A DNA stretch of 64,000 nucleotides from Eledone cirrhosa (Eukaryota), in NCBI GenBank assembly GCA_964016885.1, contig OZ024740.1, positions 111,352,001 through 111,416,000 of the forward strand, written 5' to 3'. Below are positions 1-11,984 of the stretch, piece after piece. Position numbers and translations under genes: made by a program. Numbering within the stretch: the first letter of the stretch is position 1; each line of letters begins with the position of its first letter. The notes beneath the pieces are model-generated. The model did no database searches, had not been told where the DNA came from, and worked only from the letters and a program-made list of their open reading frames with translations.

Positions 1-796
1 GGAGAAGTGGTAAAGTGATGGAGGAGTAGTAATTGTCGATGTCGAATTGGATAAAACGGCAATGTTCCTTGTTACATATGCCGTTGAACCAATCAATCAC
101 CGCGAAAGAATTGTTCCACAGTGCGAGAGGGGCCAAACTTCTAATTTCAGGTATAATTCTATCAAGAATCGTTTTACTAAGTCTACCTAAATCGGACTTC
201 GTAGGGTTAATAAGCCGAATAGAGGGGTTGTTCGGAAAATTGGATTTGTGATCCTTCAGGGTAAAGTGGGGAGAGATAGGATCCAGAGGTTCGGTCCGGT
301 CCAGGATGTTGAGATCAGATGTGATTTTAAACCCAGCATCGTTGATTTCATTGATGACGCACCGATTAGTTTTACGGTAATCCTTAGTTACAGCATTATG
401 TAGTAGTTGATGGTAAGTACTGCGCTCCACTTGATATAGGTTGCCAGTTTTGTCGGAATGGACGTGCACGGCGTTAGAATCCTTAATAGAACGAATTCTA
501 TTCTTCAGGTCTTGCTGGAAGGAATTGCTCCTATTCCGAAATTTGATATTCCGAGTGAGTTCCAAGACATCATTTTCGAAGGGTAGCAATGCTGGGTTCC
601 ACGGAGGGTTATTATAGGATTTAAATCCAAATTTATCCTGTTTGTTGTCTGCTTTTCGCGGATTATCGAAATAAAAGGCACGCCAACGCAACCATTTAAT
701 GAACGCGTCTGTTTTCTGTATCAGGAGTTTTAGGTATGTTTTCCTGCTTGGTACGGGTATGTTCTTTGTAGAAATATTCAGATGTTGTTTCTGCAT
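1..796 (-). CDS. Penelope-like element reverse transcriptase, N-terminal part (ORF runs off the left window edge; absent from the ORF track)
   Basis: Manual translation from the ATG at 796 is open to base 2: MQKQHLNISTKNIPVPSRKTYLKLLIQKTDAFIKWLRWRAFYF...HSDKTGNLY...TLKDHK...IRLINPTKSDLG...FIQFDIDNYYSSITLPLL. It is collinear with the 25523-27985 PLE ORF (DKT motif, RT motif A). Confidence 0.9.
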   Translation of the reverse strand, partial: MQKQHLNISTKNIPVPSRKTYLKLLIQKTDAFIKWLRWRAFYFDNPRKADNKQDKFGFKSYNNPPWNPALLPFENDVLELTRNIKFRNRSNSFQQDLKNRIRSIKDSNAVHVHSDKTGNLYQVERSTYHQLLHNAVTKDYRKTNRCVINEINDAGFKITSDLNILDRTEPLDPISPHFTLKDHKSNFPNNPSIRLINPTKSDLGRLSKTILDRIIPEIRSLAPLALWNNSFAVIDWFNGICNKEHCRFIQFDIDNYYSSITLPLL

Positions 797-932
797 GATG
801 AATATAAATTAGTAGAGTGCTCAACCGAAGGAGCCAAATAGTAATAATAATAAAATTGAAGACTAAAATCCAAAGAGGGCTCGATAAGGAAAATATATCA
901 AATATATAAGAACCGTAGAGCAAATATTTATT

Positions 933-1431
933 CAAATAACAGATTAAAGTTTAAGCAAAGAATGGCTGCTTTCACCCTTAACGGGATCTTCTGAAACTAA
1001 CAAAGTCAATCAGTAAACGCAGAACTGGATATTTCAAAAAAACGTTGCAACCGGAGGAAGACAGGAAGACGATACTTTGGTTCGTGGTAACGTTCGCTGG
1101 CAAAGAACGGGAAAAAACGAATAATACGTCATTAATAGGAGCGGTGAAAAACAATTACGCGCAAAGACAGAACCACGTTTATGGTATAAAAGAGGTCGTA
1201 GACTAATGTTCTCTTAGGTGGTGCATAGAGACGTTCTCTGGCAATGAACGAAAAAACGAAGATAATAAGTCAAATGTGGAGCGTGGAGAACAATAGCACG
1301 CAAAGACAAAATCACGTAAATGGTAAGCAGAAGTCGTAGACTTGCGTTACAGATTGACTTTGTTAGTTTTAGAAGATCCCGTTAAGGGTGAAAGCAACGA
1401 TTCTTTGCTTAAACTTTAATCTGTTATTCTA

Positions 1432-1439
<8 letters not shown>
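933..1439 (-). mobile_element. Pseudo-LTR of the left-edge PLE with a short inverted duplication, ending in (TA)n
   Basis: 933-1020 is the reverse complement of ~1345-1437. Contains ~140 bp internal tandem subrepeats. Lies upstream of the PLE ORF and abuts (TA)n. Confidence 0.8.
948..998 (-). ncRNA. Variant type I hammerhead motif (sense to PLE ORF); further copies at 1365-1415(+), 1508-1558(-), 2058-2108(+, mutated)
   Basis: Minus strand: agttt-CAGAAGA-t ccc gttaa ggg t-GAAA-gca...tgc-TT^-aaact. Stems I, II and III can all form; U4A core variant. Confidence 0.6.
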
Positions 1440-1490
<51 letters not shown>

Positions 1491-1491
<1 letters not shown>

Positions 1492-2123
1492 TAAAATAAC
1501 AGATTAAGGTTTAAGCAAAGAATCGCTGCTTTCACCCTTAACGGGATCTTCTGAAACTAACAAAGTCAATCTTTAAACAAAGAAGTGAATATTTCAAAAA
1601 AAGTTGCAACCGGAGAAAGACAGGAAGACGATACTTTGGTTCGTGGAAACGTTCCCTGGCAAAGAACGGGAAAAAATGGATATAATACGTCATTATTTGG
1701 AGCGGTGAAAAACAATTACACGCAAAGACAGAACCACGTTTATGGTATAAAAGAAGTCGTAGACTAATATTCTCTTAGGTGGTTCATAGAGACGTTCTCT
1801 GGCAATGAACGGAAAAAACGAAGATAATACTTCATAAGTGGACCGTGGAGAACAATTGCACGCAAAGACAAAACCACGTAAATGGTATAACTGAAGTCGT
1901 AGACTTTTCACCGCTCCAAATAATGACGTATTATATTCGTTTTTTCCCGTTATTTGCCAGGGAACGTTTCCACGAACCAAAGTATCGTCTTCCTGTCTTA
2001 CTCCGGTTGCAACGTTTTTTGAAATATTCCCTTCTGCGTTTAAAGATTGACTTTGTTAGTTTCAGAAGATCCCGTTAAGTGTGAAGGCAGCGATTCTTTG
2101 CTTAAACTTAATCTGTTATTTTA

Positions 2124-2129
<6 letters not shown>
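1491..2129. mobile_element. Solo fold-back pLTR copy of the same PLE family between (TA)n tracts
   Basis: 1491-1885 repeats 933-1340; 1905-2129 is the inverted copy of 1491-1710; (TA)n on both sides. Confidence 0.8.
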
Positions 2130-2178
<49 letters not shown>

Positions 2179-2180
<2 letters not shown>

Positions 2181-2258
2181 AACCCACTCTACTCCCTAAG
2201 TATTGAGTACTTTGGTGCGTTATGGTCCATCTGGTTCCTTACCTCAATTCCTTCGTTA
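2179..2258 (+). mobile_element. Short (TA)n-inserted 3' terminus of a PLE-like family (also 44502-44650, 63401-63486, 63533-63659)
   Basis: The sequence ccactctactaccctaagtattgagtactttggtgcgttatggtcc...ttccttcgtta-(TA)n recurs at 44.57 kb and 63.58 kb. Confidence 0.6.
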
Positions 2259-2276
2259 TATATATATATATATATA

Positions 2277-2829
2277 TTTAGAAGTATTAGTTGTAGATGT
2301 TATCGCCACTTTAGCGGGGTGGTAGAATCAGTGGTCGTTAGTTGCCAGTGTGGTAAGTGATAGTATCCTCGTTGGATTATCTTGTTGACATAGACGTGAG
2401 GTAAGGTCCCTCGATCTATTTACCATCTATTTACAATATTCCTTTCGTCAGGTCGCCAATTCCAGCAGCATGGATTAAAGATGTTATTGAGACACGAGTA
2501 ACATAATAACGACTTCAACCGCAGTAATTAGAGATTAAATGTTTGTTTATTTATATGGTTGAAGTTACAGATAAAAAGAGGTTACCAAAGGGAATGTGCC
2601 ATTGCGCCGTTAAGCCGGCGAGGCTAGGGGTGCAATATCTCACTGCTACATTATGCGTGTTGCTGGCTCGAAGTTTCTGGTACAAGAGCGAGATTCTTCA
2701 AATCTTCGCGGGGAATTTCTTCCTCAGGGCGCGTAGGGATACATCCTCTTCTACTGGCGCTGATTGGCTGAACTGAGCCAAATCACGCACAGAGAATGTA
2801 TGTGAGCCCGCGGAATGTAGGTCACTACA
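2277..2829 (-). repeat. 3' LTR
   Basis: Direct repeat of 4421-4973; preceded on the minus strand by a purine-rich PPT. Confidence 0.85.
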
Positions 2830-4420
2830 TCACCTCCAACCAGATTTTCAGCCGAAAATCGATAACGAAGAAACCAAGGACCCACATATTATTAAATCAG
2901 CAAGAACAAATGCTGAAAGAGCACATCAGTGAAAAAATAATTGAGCAGAAGGTTGCATGCAAGAACAAAAAATGAGGCGCTACGGGCCGTGTTGAGCCGC
3001 TGTGTCAAATGACCAGTTGTTTTGTTGTTTATACGTGACCGCCAAAGGTCTAACAAAAAACGGATAAAGTCTGACATGGGCGAAGTTGCTGTTCTTGCAT
3101 TAAATGTTAATGATAAGCGTTGTACCAGTAGCTGTGAACGAAGCTATTATGGTAGTTTACCAGTGCTGGCGAGAAAATGATGGCCCCCAGATATATTGTC
3201 GAATGTGCTGTGGAGCCAGGAAAAAAATGGCTGGTTGCTTTGTAAAGAACAAAAGGCAAGTTTAATCTGTAGGTGGGTTGCAGTGTAAATTCCATAATTC
3301 GGGCGCATCCACAGAAGTGGCCGAAATGTTGACAAGTCCAGTTCAATTTGTTGCTTTCCCAGCGAGTCGGGCAAAAACAACAATACGGATGGCCGTCATG
3401 GACGTTCAGTGTGCAACGAGATGCGAAGCTGTTTGAGTTCAGCTACAATTAGTATTCTCGTGTTGCGGTGACTGTTTAAATCCAGTGGATTAAGCACTGT
3501 GAGCTGCTAGCATGTGACAGCATCTCAACCAGGTGAAAAGGGACTCGCAGAATATTACGTTTGAAGAACATATACCAAGAACAACATGTTGATGTGTGAT
3601 AAAAAAAAATGTGTGCATATGCAGGCATGTAAAACAGCAAAGAATGTGAATGAACAAAAACCATGAGCAAGCAAATAGCAAAAGAGCACAAAACAAGTAA
3701 ATGCTTTCTACAAAGAAATATGGGAATGTAACAAACTGATAATTCAAAGTCAATCTAGGGGAGCAGAGAAATTGCTCAATAAGTTCAAAGTTTTTCAAAG
3801 TCAAATAGTTCACACATCACCAGTGTACAGACACTAGTTCTATCTGAAAACTGAAAAAGAAGTTTGTTAATGCCGTTAGGGGTTAGATGTATGGTCTTTT
3901 TGTGAGATTTCGTGGCCATCTTACCGTCCCGCCACACGGTAGTGTTGCTTATTGTTAAAGCAATGTCAAAGAATCTTCTGTAGAGTAGGAGTCACCAAAT
4001 ATGGCAGTCACGTCTGACGCCATAATGGTGAGAAAACTACTGTCGCAAATTCTCGCGTTCCTGTGGTAACGAGACAGAAGGTATGGTGGTTGCGTCGGTA
4101 AAGTTACAAGCCGTTTTGAAATTTCCGATGTGTGGTGGTTGGCGTCGGTAAGGTTATGAAGCTGCCACTCACTGTTCCCTGTATTGGCCAGTGGTTAAAC
4201 AACGCTGTCGCTGCTGCTGTCATTGCTGTTGTCAAGCGTAGCCATGACATGTCGGTAGCCATCTTGAAATTTTTTCGTGGCGAAAAAGTTTGCGAAATAC
4301 TGCTAATTTTTCAAAAATCTTAAAAGGAATATTCTGGATTTTCGCAAGTTGCGACGTGGCAATAAAAGTTAAACTGAATGAATAAGATGGGCTGCGTGAT
4401 ATTCTTACGTCGGTCACCAC

Positions 4421-4973
4421 TTTAGCAATATTAGTTGTAGATATTATCGCCACTTTAGCGGGGTGGTAGAATCAGTGGTCGTTAGTTGCCAGTGTGGTAA
4501 GTGATAGTATCCTCGTTGGATTATCTTGTTGACATGGACGTGAGGGAAGGTCCCTCGATCTATTTACCATCTATTTACAATATTCATTTCGTCAGGTCGC
4601 CAATTCCAGCAGCATGGATTAAAGATGTTATTGAGACACGAGTAACATAATAACGACTTCAACCGCAGTAATTAGAGATGAAATGTTTGTTTATTTATAT
4701 GGTTGAAGTTACAGATAAAAAAAGGTTACAAAAGGGAATGTGCCATTGCGCCGTTAAGCCGGCGAGGCTAGGGGTGCAATATCTCACTGCTACATTATGC
4801 GTGTTGTTGGCTCGAAGTTTCTGGTACAAGAGCGAGATTCTTCAAATCTTCGCGGGGAATTTCTTCCTCAGGGCGCGTAGGGATACATCCTCTTCTACTG
4901 GCACTGATTGGCTGAACTGAGCCAAATCACGCACAGAGAATGTATGTGAGCTCGCGGAATGTAGGTCACTACA
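4421..4973 (-). repeat. 5' LTR
   Basis: Direct repeat of 2277-2829; followed on the minus strand by a PBS at ~4407-4419. Confidence 0.85.
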
Positions 4974-5647
4974 TATATATAGCTGGCCATTGTGACTCGG
5001 GCCATCCAAATACGTGTATATAATTTCTGAAGGGCATTATATGTATTCTTCTTGCTATATATATGTATATATATATATATATTCACGTTGTACGGTCTGC
5101 TTCTCTGACCGCTCATGAAATTCACCCAGATTATGCTGATCGGATAACTATCATGTGGCTTGCTGTTTTCCCAACCTTCGGTTTGCTTTTCCTTCTGTTG
5201 TTTACTTGTCTCACTCGTTTTACTCGATTCACTTGTCCCAATAACTTATTTTAGTTATTGCTCGCACCAACCTGAGGTATCTGATTTTTAATGCGATGAA
5301 ATACCAATGATGGTTGGCAAATCACTGATGAGGGACTAATTTTATAATATGTAATCCATGTGCAACCATGCAGTATTCTTCTCCCCTTGTTTTTCATATA
5401 TATATATATATATATATATAGATAGATATATATATATATATATAGTGAAAACTGGGACGGGAACAAAAACAGAGATGCAGTACAAACGAAGCTTTATTAG
5501 GTTCATACATATATAAATATATATATATACAAATATATATATATATAGAGAGAGTGATTACCTTAAACGGGATCATCTGATAAGCGTTTAATCTACCTCT
5601 CCCTCTCTCTCTCTGTCTCTGCCTCTCTCTTCCTTCTTTCTCCCCAT

Positions 5648-5696
<49 letters not shown>

Positions 5697-5709
5697 CAAG
5701 TATACATAT

Positions 5710-5899
5710 AATTGTTTCTACTTTTGGCACAAGGCCAGCAATTTCCCAGTGTATTACTGGTACTTTATTTTATCGACCCCGTAAGGATGAAAGGCAAAGT
5801 TAACCTCGGCGGGATTTGAACTCAGAATGGCAAGGGCCGTAACTCTATGCGTCAAAGCATGGCGTCCGACCCTCTACCGATACTGCCAATTCACTAAAC
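5710..5899 (-). mobile_element. tRNA-derived SINE (family A)
   Basis: A-box-like tggcagtatcggtaga, B-box gagttcaaatccc, conserved core gcctttcatccttacggggtcgataaaataaagtaccag. Confidence 0.85.
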
Positions 5900-5900
5900 C

Positions 5901-6150
5901 TCATATAATGCCCTTCAGAAAATATATCTCTCAAAGGCCAGCTATTGCATAGAGTAATATACGAAAACAAAAAATCCAAACCAAACCAATATGAAACTAA
6001 ACGACCCCCCCCCACTTCCCTCACACACAAAGATATATATATATATATATGGATTTTTTGTTTTTGTGAATTATTTTTTCTTTTTCCTGCAATAGCTGGC
6101 CTTTGAGAGACGCTACACCTAAATATATAGTTTCTGAAGGGCATTATATG
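5901..6150. mobile_element. Small inverted-repeat (MITE-like) element with internal (TA)n
   Basis: catataatgcccttcagaaa...ggccagctattgca is inverted against tgcaatagctggcc...tttctgaagggcattatatg; a related end occurs at ~4980-5043. Confidence 0.5.
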
Positions 6151-6153
6151 TAT

Positions 6154-6342
6154 ATTGAAGGGCGGTAAATTGGCAGTATCGGTAGAGGTTCGGAGATGCT
6201 TTCCAGCATAGTTACGTCCCTTTACGATCTGAGTTCAAATCCCGCCGAGGTTAACTTTGCCTGTCATCCATACGGTTAGATAAAATAAAGTACCAGTAAT
6301 GTACTGGACAATTGCTGGATTTGTGCCAAAAGTAGAAACAAT
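6154..6342 (+). mobile_element. tRNA-derived SINE (family A) with target-site duplication
   Basis: A/B boxes and core present; attatatgtat duplicated at 6143-6153 and 6341-6351. Confidence 0.85.
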
Positions 6343-6489
6343 TATATGTATTCTTGCTTTTTTTTCTTACACAAACCCACATACACGTAAACAGTTGAAC
6401 GTAGAACAGGGACAACATATATATAGAGAGAGAACAGTAGACCAGTGGTAACACATATATAGAAAGAGAAAGAGGGAGAAAGAAGAGAG

Positions 6490-7290
6490 TGAGGTAAAGA
6501 GTATCTTCCTGGACCCAGAAGGTTAGCTGTTGGTACTGCAGGTGACCAACAGCGAAGGGTATGCTTTCGAACTAGTGGCTCTCTATGCTCCAACAGGGGC
6601 TGGACGGCCTGATTTCTTCAGGTGCCTCAAGATTTTTATAGGAACGTCTCGCACTTTAGTGTTAGTGGACAATTGGTGCGGTATCTTAGGCCCACGTTGG
6701 GACCGTGTATTAATAGTAGATGGGAGAGAAGGGTGTAAAAGTCATGACATTTCCAATTGCCTGACAGGTACCGACTGGATTCCCGAATGTTCCAATGTGG
6801 ACATGTACAAACAGCATCTGGTCATCTAGATCGTGTCTAGTTAGGGTAATTTATAGGGAAGTAGATACCGCTAGGGTAGGTTTTAGATAATTTAAAGTAT
6901 TCAACACTGACCACAAATTTCTCTGTACAGTCGACTTGGATGGGCTTCATAAACAGGGATCCAGTTACTGGAAGCTGAACATGTCCTTTTCCGTGCGCAA
7001 AGCCTTTAGAGAACGGATTAGTAAATTAGTTAGTGGGGGCAAACATCATAAACAAATGGTGATTTGCCCAGAAAAGAGCGATTAGAGTAGAATCGTTAAA
7101 GAGTGGCGATAGAGAAAACTAGACTAGAGAGTGGGCTATTTAGAAAGTTAGAAGAGGTTTTATGAAAGGCAATGCAACTGACGTACTTGCGGCGAGATTG
7201 GCTCTCGGCGAATTCTTCAATGTAAAGTATGAATGCTGCGTTGCTGCATTGATGGGCTCGGGTGGTGGAGACGCGGCGTGACAACAAAGC
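6490..7290 (+). pseudogene. Decayed Tx1/L1-type LINE ORF2 (APE endonuclease region) fragment
   Basis: LVALYAPTGAGRPDFFRCL...GTSRTLVLV and a later YWKLN motif parallel the 39289-39996 ORF; many stops and frameshifts. Confidence 0.75.
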
Positions 7291-7490
7291 CACAATCCGG
7301 CTTTGACAGACCACGAGAGGCGGATGTTGCTCGATTCCAAGGGGATGTGTGCGGCTTTTCAGGAGCTCTTGCTGTTATCGTTGTTATAGCTCTTATAGCC
7401 GTTGTAGCTGTTGTATTACCACTATTCCTATTATTATTCCTGATATTGATATCATTGATATTACTATCGCTGTTGTTATTCTTTTGCTCT

Positions 7491-7680
7491 ATAAATTGGC
7501 AGTATCTGTAGAGAGTCGGACGCCATGCTTTGCAGCATATAATTACAACCCTTTACGGTCTGGGTTCAAATCCCGCCGCCAAGGTTAACTTTGTCTTTCA
7601 TCCTTACGGGGTCGCTAAAATAAAATACCAGTAATGAACTGGTTTAATTGCTAGCCTTGTGCCAAAAGTAGAAACAATTA
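7491..7680 (+). mobile_element. tRNA-derived SINE (family A)
   Basis: Same A/B box and core sequence. Confidence 0.8.
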
Positions 7681-7954
7681 TTTTTGTTTATAACTGTTAC
7701 TGTTGCCATTGCTGTAGCTCTTATTACTATTATCATGGTTGTTGTTGTTGATGTTGTTCTTATTACTGTTAATGTTGTAGTTATTACTAATTCTGTTGTT
7801 ATAGCTGTTAATATAAATACTGTTGTGGTGACTGTTATTTCTATCTTTCTTGTTATTACTAGTATTGTTGTTATTGTTATTACTGTTATTGCTGTTGTCT
7901 TTGTTATTACTACCCATGTTGATGTGGTTGTTTTTATTATTATCGGTGGGCTGG

Positions 7955-8178
7955 AGGACGGCGGATTGGCTGTATCGGTAGAGGATCGGACACCATGATT
8001 TACAGCATAGAGTTACGGCTCTATATGACCAGAGTTCAAATCCCGCCGAGGTTAACTTTGCCTCTCATCCTTACGAGGTTGATAAAATAAAGTACCAGTC
8101 AATTACTGGGGTCGATTTAATTGACTTTCCCCTACTCCAAAATTGCTGTGCTTGTGCCTATATAAGAAACGATTATTA
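7955..8178 (+). mobile_element. tRNA-derived SINE (family A)
   Basis: Same A/B box and core, with ggggtcgatttaat 3' part. Confidence 0.85.
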
Positions 8179-8182
8179 TCGG

Positions 8183-8398
8183 TTGATTGACAGTATCGGT
8201 AGAGGGTCGGATGCCATGCTTTGCAGCATAGAGTTACGGTCCTTTATAGTCTGAGTTAAAATCCCGCCGAGATTAACTTTGCCTTTCATCCTTACGGAGC
8301 CTATAAAATAAAGCACCAGTAATGCACTGGGGTCGATTTAATCGAATTTCCTCGCCCCTTAAAAACATTGCTGGCTTTGTGCCTAGAAACAATTATTA
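8183..8398 (+). mobile_element. tRNA-derived SINE (family A), tandem with the previous copy
   Basis: Same sequence; ends in an (ATT)n tail. Confidence 0.85.
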
Positions 8399-10185
8399 TT
8401 AAGATAATATTAATGCTGATGCTGAAGGTGGTAGTGCTGGTGATGAGGTCAAAGATGACATAAAATGATGGTTTATGTAGTTGACGAAAAGGAATATTAA
8501 GAAAAGACTGCTGATACATAGGTCTCTTAAATATCGTCCATTGCGGAATGAACAGGAGAAATATACAAGCAAAAATAAAAATAAACATTGAAAGAATATC
8601 ACGTGGTGACAAAGTGAATATATGTGAGAGTGTTATATATATATTTGTGTGTGTCTGGTCGTAGTGACTGTATGACGAGTTGTGGAATATGAGAGGGTGA
8701 GAAGAGGATATAGAAGATGTAATGACAGAGTTAATATAGACAAGGCATAGCTGTATGTATGCATGCGCGTATGTATATATGTATTTATGTATGTATGTCT
8801 GTGTGTGTGTGTATATATGTATACATATATATATATATGTGTGTGTGTAAATATATATATATATGGGTGTGTGTATATATATGTGTGTATAGGTGGGGGG
8901 GTGCATGCGTGTGTGTGTGTGTGTGTGTAGAAAGGTTAGTTCGACGAAACTAATTCAGAAATATATAAGCTCCTTGAAATCCGTCATAAATTACTCCCAG
9001 TAATTGATTCTAATTTATTTGAAAAGGAACGCCTGAAGAATTGCTGAATCGCCATAAATCAGAGCTTCAGAGATAACTGCAGACCAGGAAGAACAAGGTG
9101 GGGCTGAAAATAAGCACCTGGATATTTGATTCCTGGATACTAACTCTAAAAAGTGTGCCTTTTTCTTCAAGTTATACGCCCATTCTCTCAAATAAAACAA
9201 TTTCAACTTGTGTTTTGGTCATCTGATGACCCTAGATTTTGACAATTCTTGCTCTGACCACACTAAAAGATTACTAATCCTGCAATGTATACTACACAGT
9301 CTACCTCCTCCACGGCAAATATTGTTACTTGGCATAGCATACGATGATCCCAACCGCTTTGGATATTTCCATAACTTGACGAAGATTTTTAGTGATTTAT
9401 TTATTGATCACATGAAGTTATAATATTTAAGTTATGTACAAATTTGTATGAAAAATGTAATCATTTAAAGTTTAGTCATGCACCTCTATGAGGTCTATAC
9501 CTTATGCAGCCATCCCATCAGCCTTAATGACTCCCATATCCACATATATTTCATCGGATTTTGACAAATAGTATATCCGAACAATGCCCCTCTTGTTAAA
9601 ATAGACTATCCAAGCTCATCAACTGCTGTTCCTCTCCGTCCCAATGATGTGTTAGTAATACTGGATCTATTCTGGAGCGATGGGCAGAGCATGTAATGGA
9701 TCTTTTCCCTAATCGATCCACAATAGAAAGAAATGCTATAAATGTGCTTTCTCGACATCATATTCGGTCCATCTATACGCCCTGAATTCCTAGCAGAATC
9801 GTAGATGTGCCATCGTGACATACGTCTTGGGCATTTAAACTTGTCTGAATTTATCCCTCAGTATGAAAGCAGTATGTTTCTTCAAGTGAATCACATCTCA
9901 GTAACTGTTGGAAAGTCGTTATCTGAATCTTCTTTAGGCTCAATCTTGTTATTCTCTTCTTTTTCTTTTGTTATTTTACTGGTTTTAGTCATGCTGAGCA
10001 CCGCTTTGATTTTTGCCGATCACATCAACCCTAGTACTTTATTTTCAACTGTGGAACTTATTTTGTCGATCTTTTTGTCGAAATTTTTGTCGTCGAACTG
10101 CTAAATTACTGTACATAGTCACTGGTACACGCGTGAACATACACACACTCACGCGCGTGCACACCTGCACAACACACACATACGC

Positions 10186-10281
<96 letters not shown>

Positions 10282-11212
10282 ACATTTATATCTATATCTA
10301 TATATCCCCAAAGCCCAGTCTCTAGTTAAGATATTTAATTTAATAAAAAAACTTAAAATTATACATTCCCAACAACAAAACCAGATGGAAAATTTTAAGA
10401 AAATCTCGTAAGAGAAGGTAAAAACCTCACATCTGTCTTATACCACTTTTCCCGATAATGACGACTGTGACGCCCTGATTATTGTCGTATCTACATAGAA
10501 CAGGAAGTTTCAGAAAAATGTCTGATTGACTGGCTGACAAACTGATGGCCGTCTGATTAAATATCTCACTGACTTTTGTCTGAATTTCTATGATGAAGAG
10601 TTATTACCCTTCTATTGGAGAACTTTCCCTTGTTGACTTTTAATATATATTTTTTCTATTGCTATCACCACTCTTTATTTTCCTCATTGGCATTGTTATA
10701 TCTACTGTATCTCTTTGTTGATTTCTTCTTCCCTTTACTCGATGTAAAGCCCACTTTGTGTTCAACTTCCTCCCCATATCGTTCCCAATGTCATGCGCCC
10801 TTGTAGCCAATAAAAGAAATCATTATTATTATTATTATCATTATTATTATTAGTGTTATTATTATATACTGATTTATTCGAACTAGATGGTGACACTAGT
10901 CAGAATAAATCAGTTTATCATCTATCTGACAAAATCTGAATGACGAAAATGCCACCAATGACTGACAGAATAAATCAACCAATCAATGAAAAGAATGGAT
11001 GACTATCTCTTGTCACGTGCACACAGGCGTGCAGCCTGCCAAGTGTGGTGATTGGTGATTTACAACTAATGGTAGAGAGGAGTCAGTATTTCGTCAGGGT
11101 TTTTACTTTGCCGACTTTTTATTTAATTTTTGCTTTTTTGCTGTTTTTGATTAAAATATTTTAGGGTTTGGAGTTATTATCGTCGTTTTGATCAATATTA
11201 TCGTGATAACAA

Positions 11213-11372
11213 GTGGGTTGGCAGTACCAGGAGAGGGTCGCATGCCATGCTTTGCAGCAGAGAGGTTTGCAGCGAGGTTAACTGTGCCTTTCATCCTTAC
11301 GGGATCGATAAAATAAAATACCAGTCAGGCACTGGGATAATTGCTGGCCTTGTGCCAAAAGTAGAACAAATT
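11213..11372 (+). mobile_element. tRNA-derived SINE (family A), internally deleted
   Basis: Core gcctttcatccttacgggatcgataaaataaaataccag and 3' ggccttgtgccaaaagtagaa. Confidence 0.75.
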
Positions 11373-11984
11373 ATCATAATAAATAGTGTTCTAACTCTTA
11401 GTAGTAGCATGCTCGAATGGGCACGAATGATGCCTTGCAGCATAGGGTACCGGTTTCGGTCCTACCCCATGGTATCTTGGACAAGTGTAATTTACCATCA
11501 GCTCAGGCCTCCTCAAGCCTGGTGAGTGAATGAGAATAGATACAAACTTTGGCGAAGCTTCTCAGATAAATTCTAATGGTCAAACTTGACACAAACTATT
11601 TCACGCTAAATAGCCCTCACAATGAGGTAAGGGTGAATGTGTCTGTGGAATTCTCAGCTTACGTGCGCATAAATTCAAATGGGTAAATGAAAAATTTATT
11701 TTATTTAATTGAGAAGAAAGCATGGAATGTAAAATAGGAAAATATAAAAAAAACAGAAGAGGAAGGGAAAGGCAAGGACTCTAGTATCACAAACGAATGT
11801 GGATAGGGAGGGGCGGGATTGGGCTCTGATCCTAGGGCGCGGCGGAAATAGGGCTACACACAGGACTACAAAAGTATTCCCGCCGACAATGGCCCACGGC
11901 TCCCACTGCAGCAGCCACCCCACCTCACAGAACTCCTTGTTCAGACGGGCCGCCGACGTTCCGATCTTGCGGAGGAGCTCAGTA

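Larger units (their letters stand above)
2277..4973 (-). mobile_element. Decayed/internally deleted Gypsy-like LTR retrotransposon
   Basis: 553 bp direct repeats at 2277-2829 and 4421-4973 with about 12 mismatches. Minus-strand LTR starts TGTAGTGA. PBS-like tggtgaccgacgt lies 1 nt after the 5' LTR and resembles the tRNA-Trp PBS TGGTGACCCCGACGT. PPT-like ctggttggaggtga precedes the 3' LTR. Flanked by (TA)n; no intact internal ORF. Confidence 0.85.

Noticed and set aside
5266-5317. HHR-like ccaac-CTGAGGT...GAAA...gttgg and nearby CTGATGA at 5324
   Set aside because: Core A9 and the cleavage triplet are broken, and the second motif lacks a GAAA partner; at best a dead relic, so not counted.
5710-8398. 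tRNA genes suggested by A/B boxes (gagttcaaatccc)
   Set aside because: No complete cloverleaf; each box pair continues into the same SINE body and AT-rich tail.
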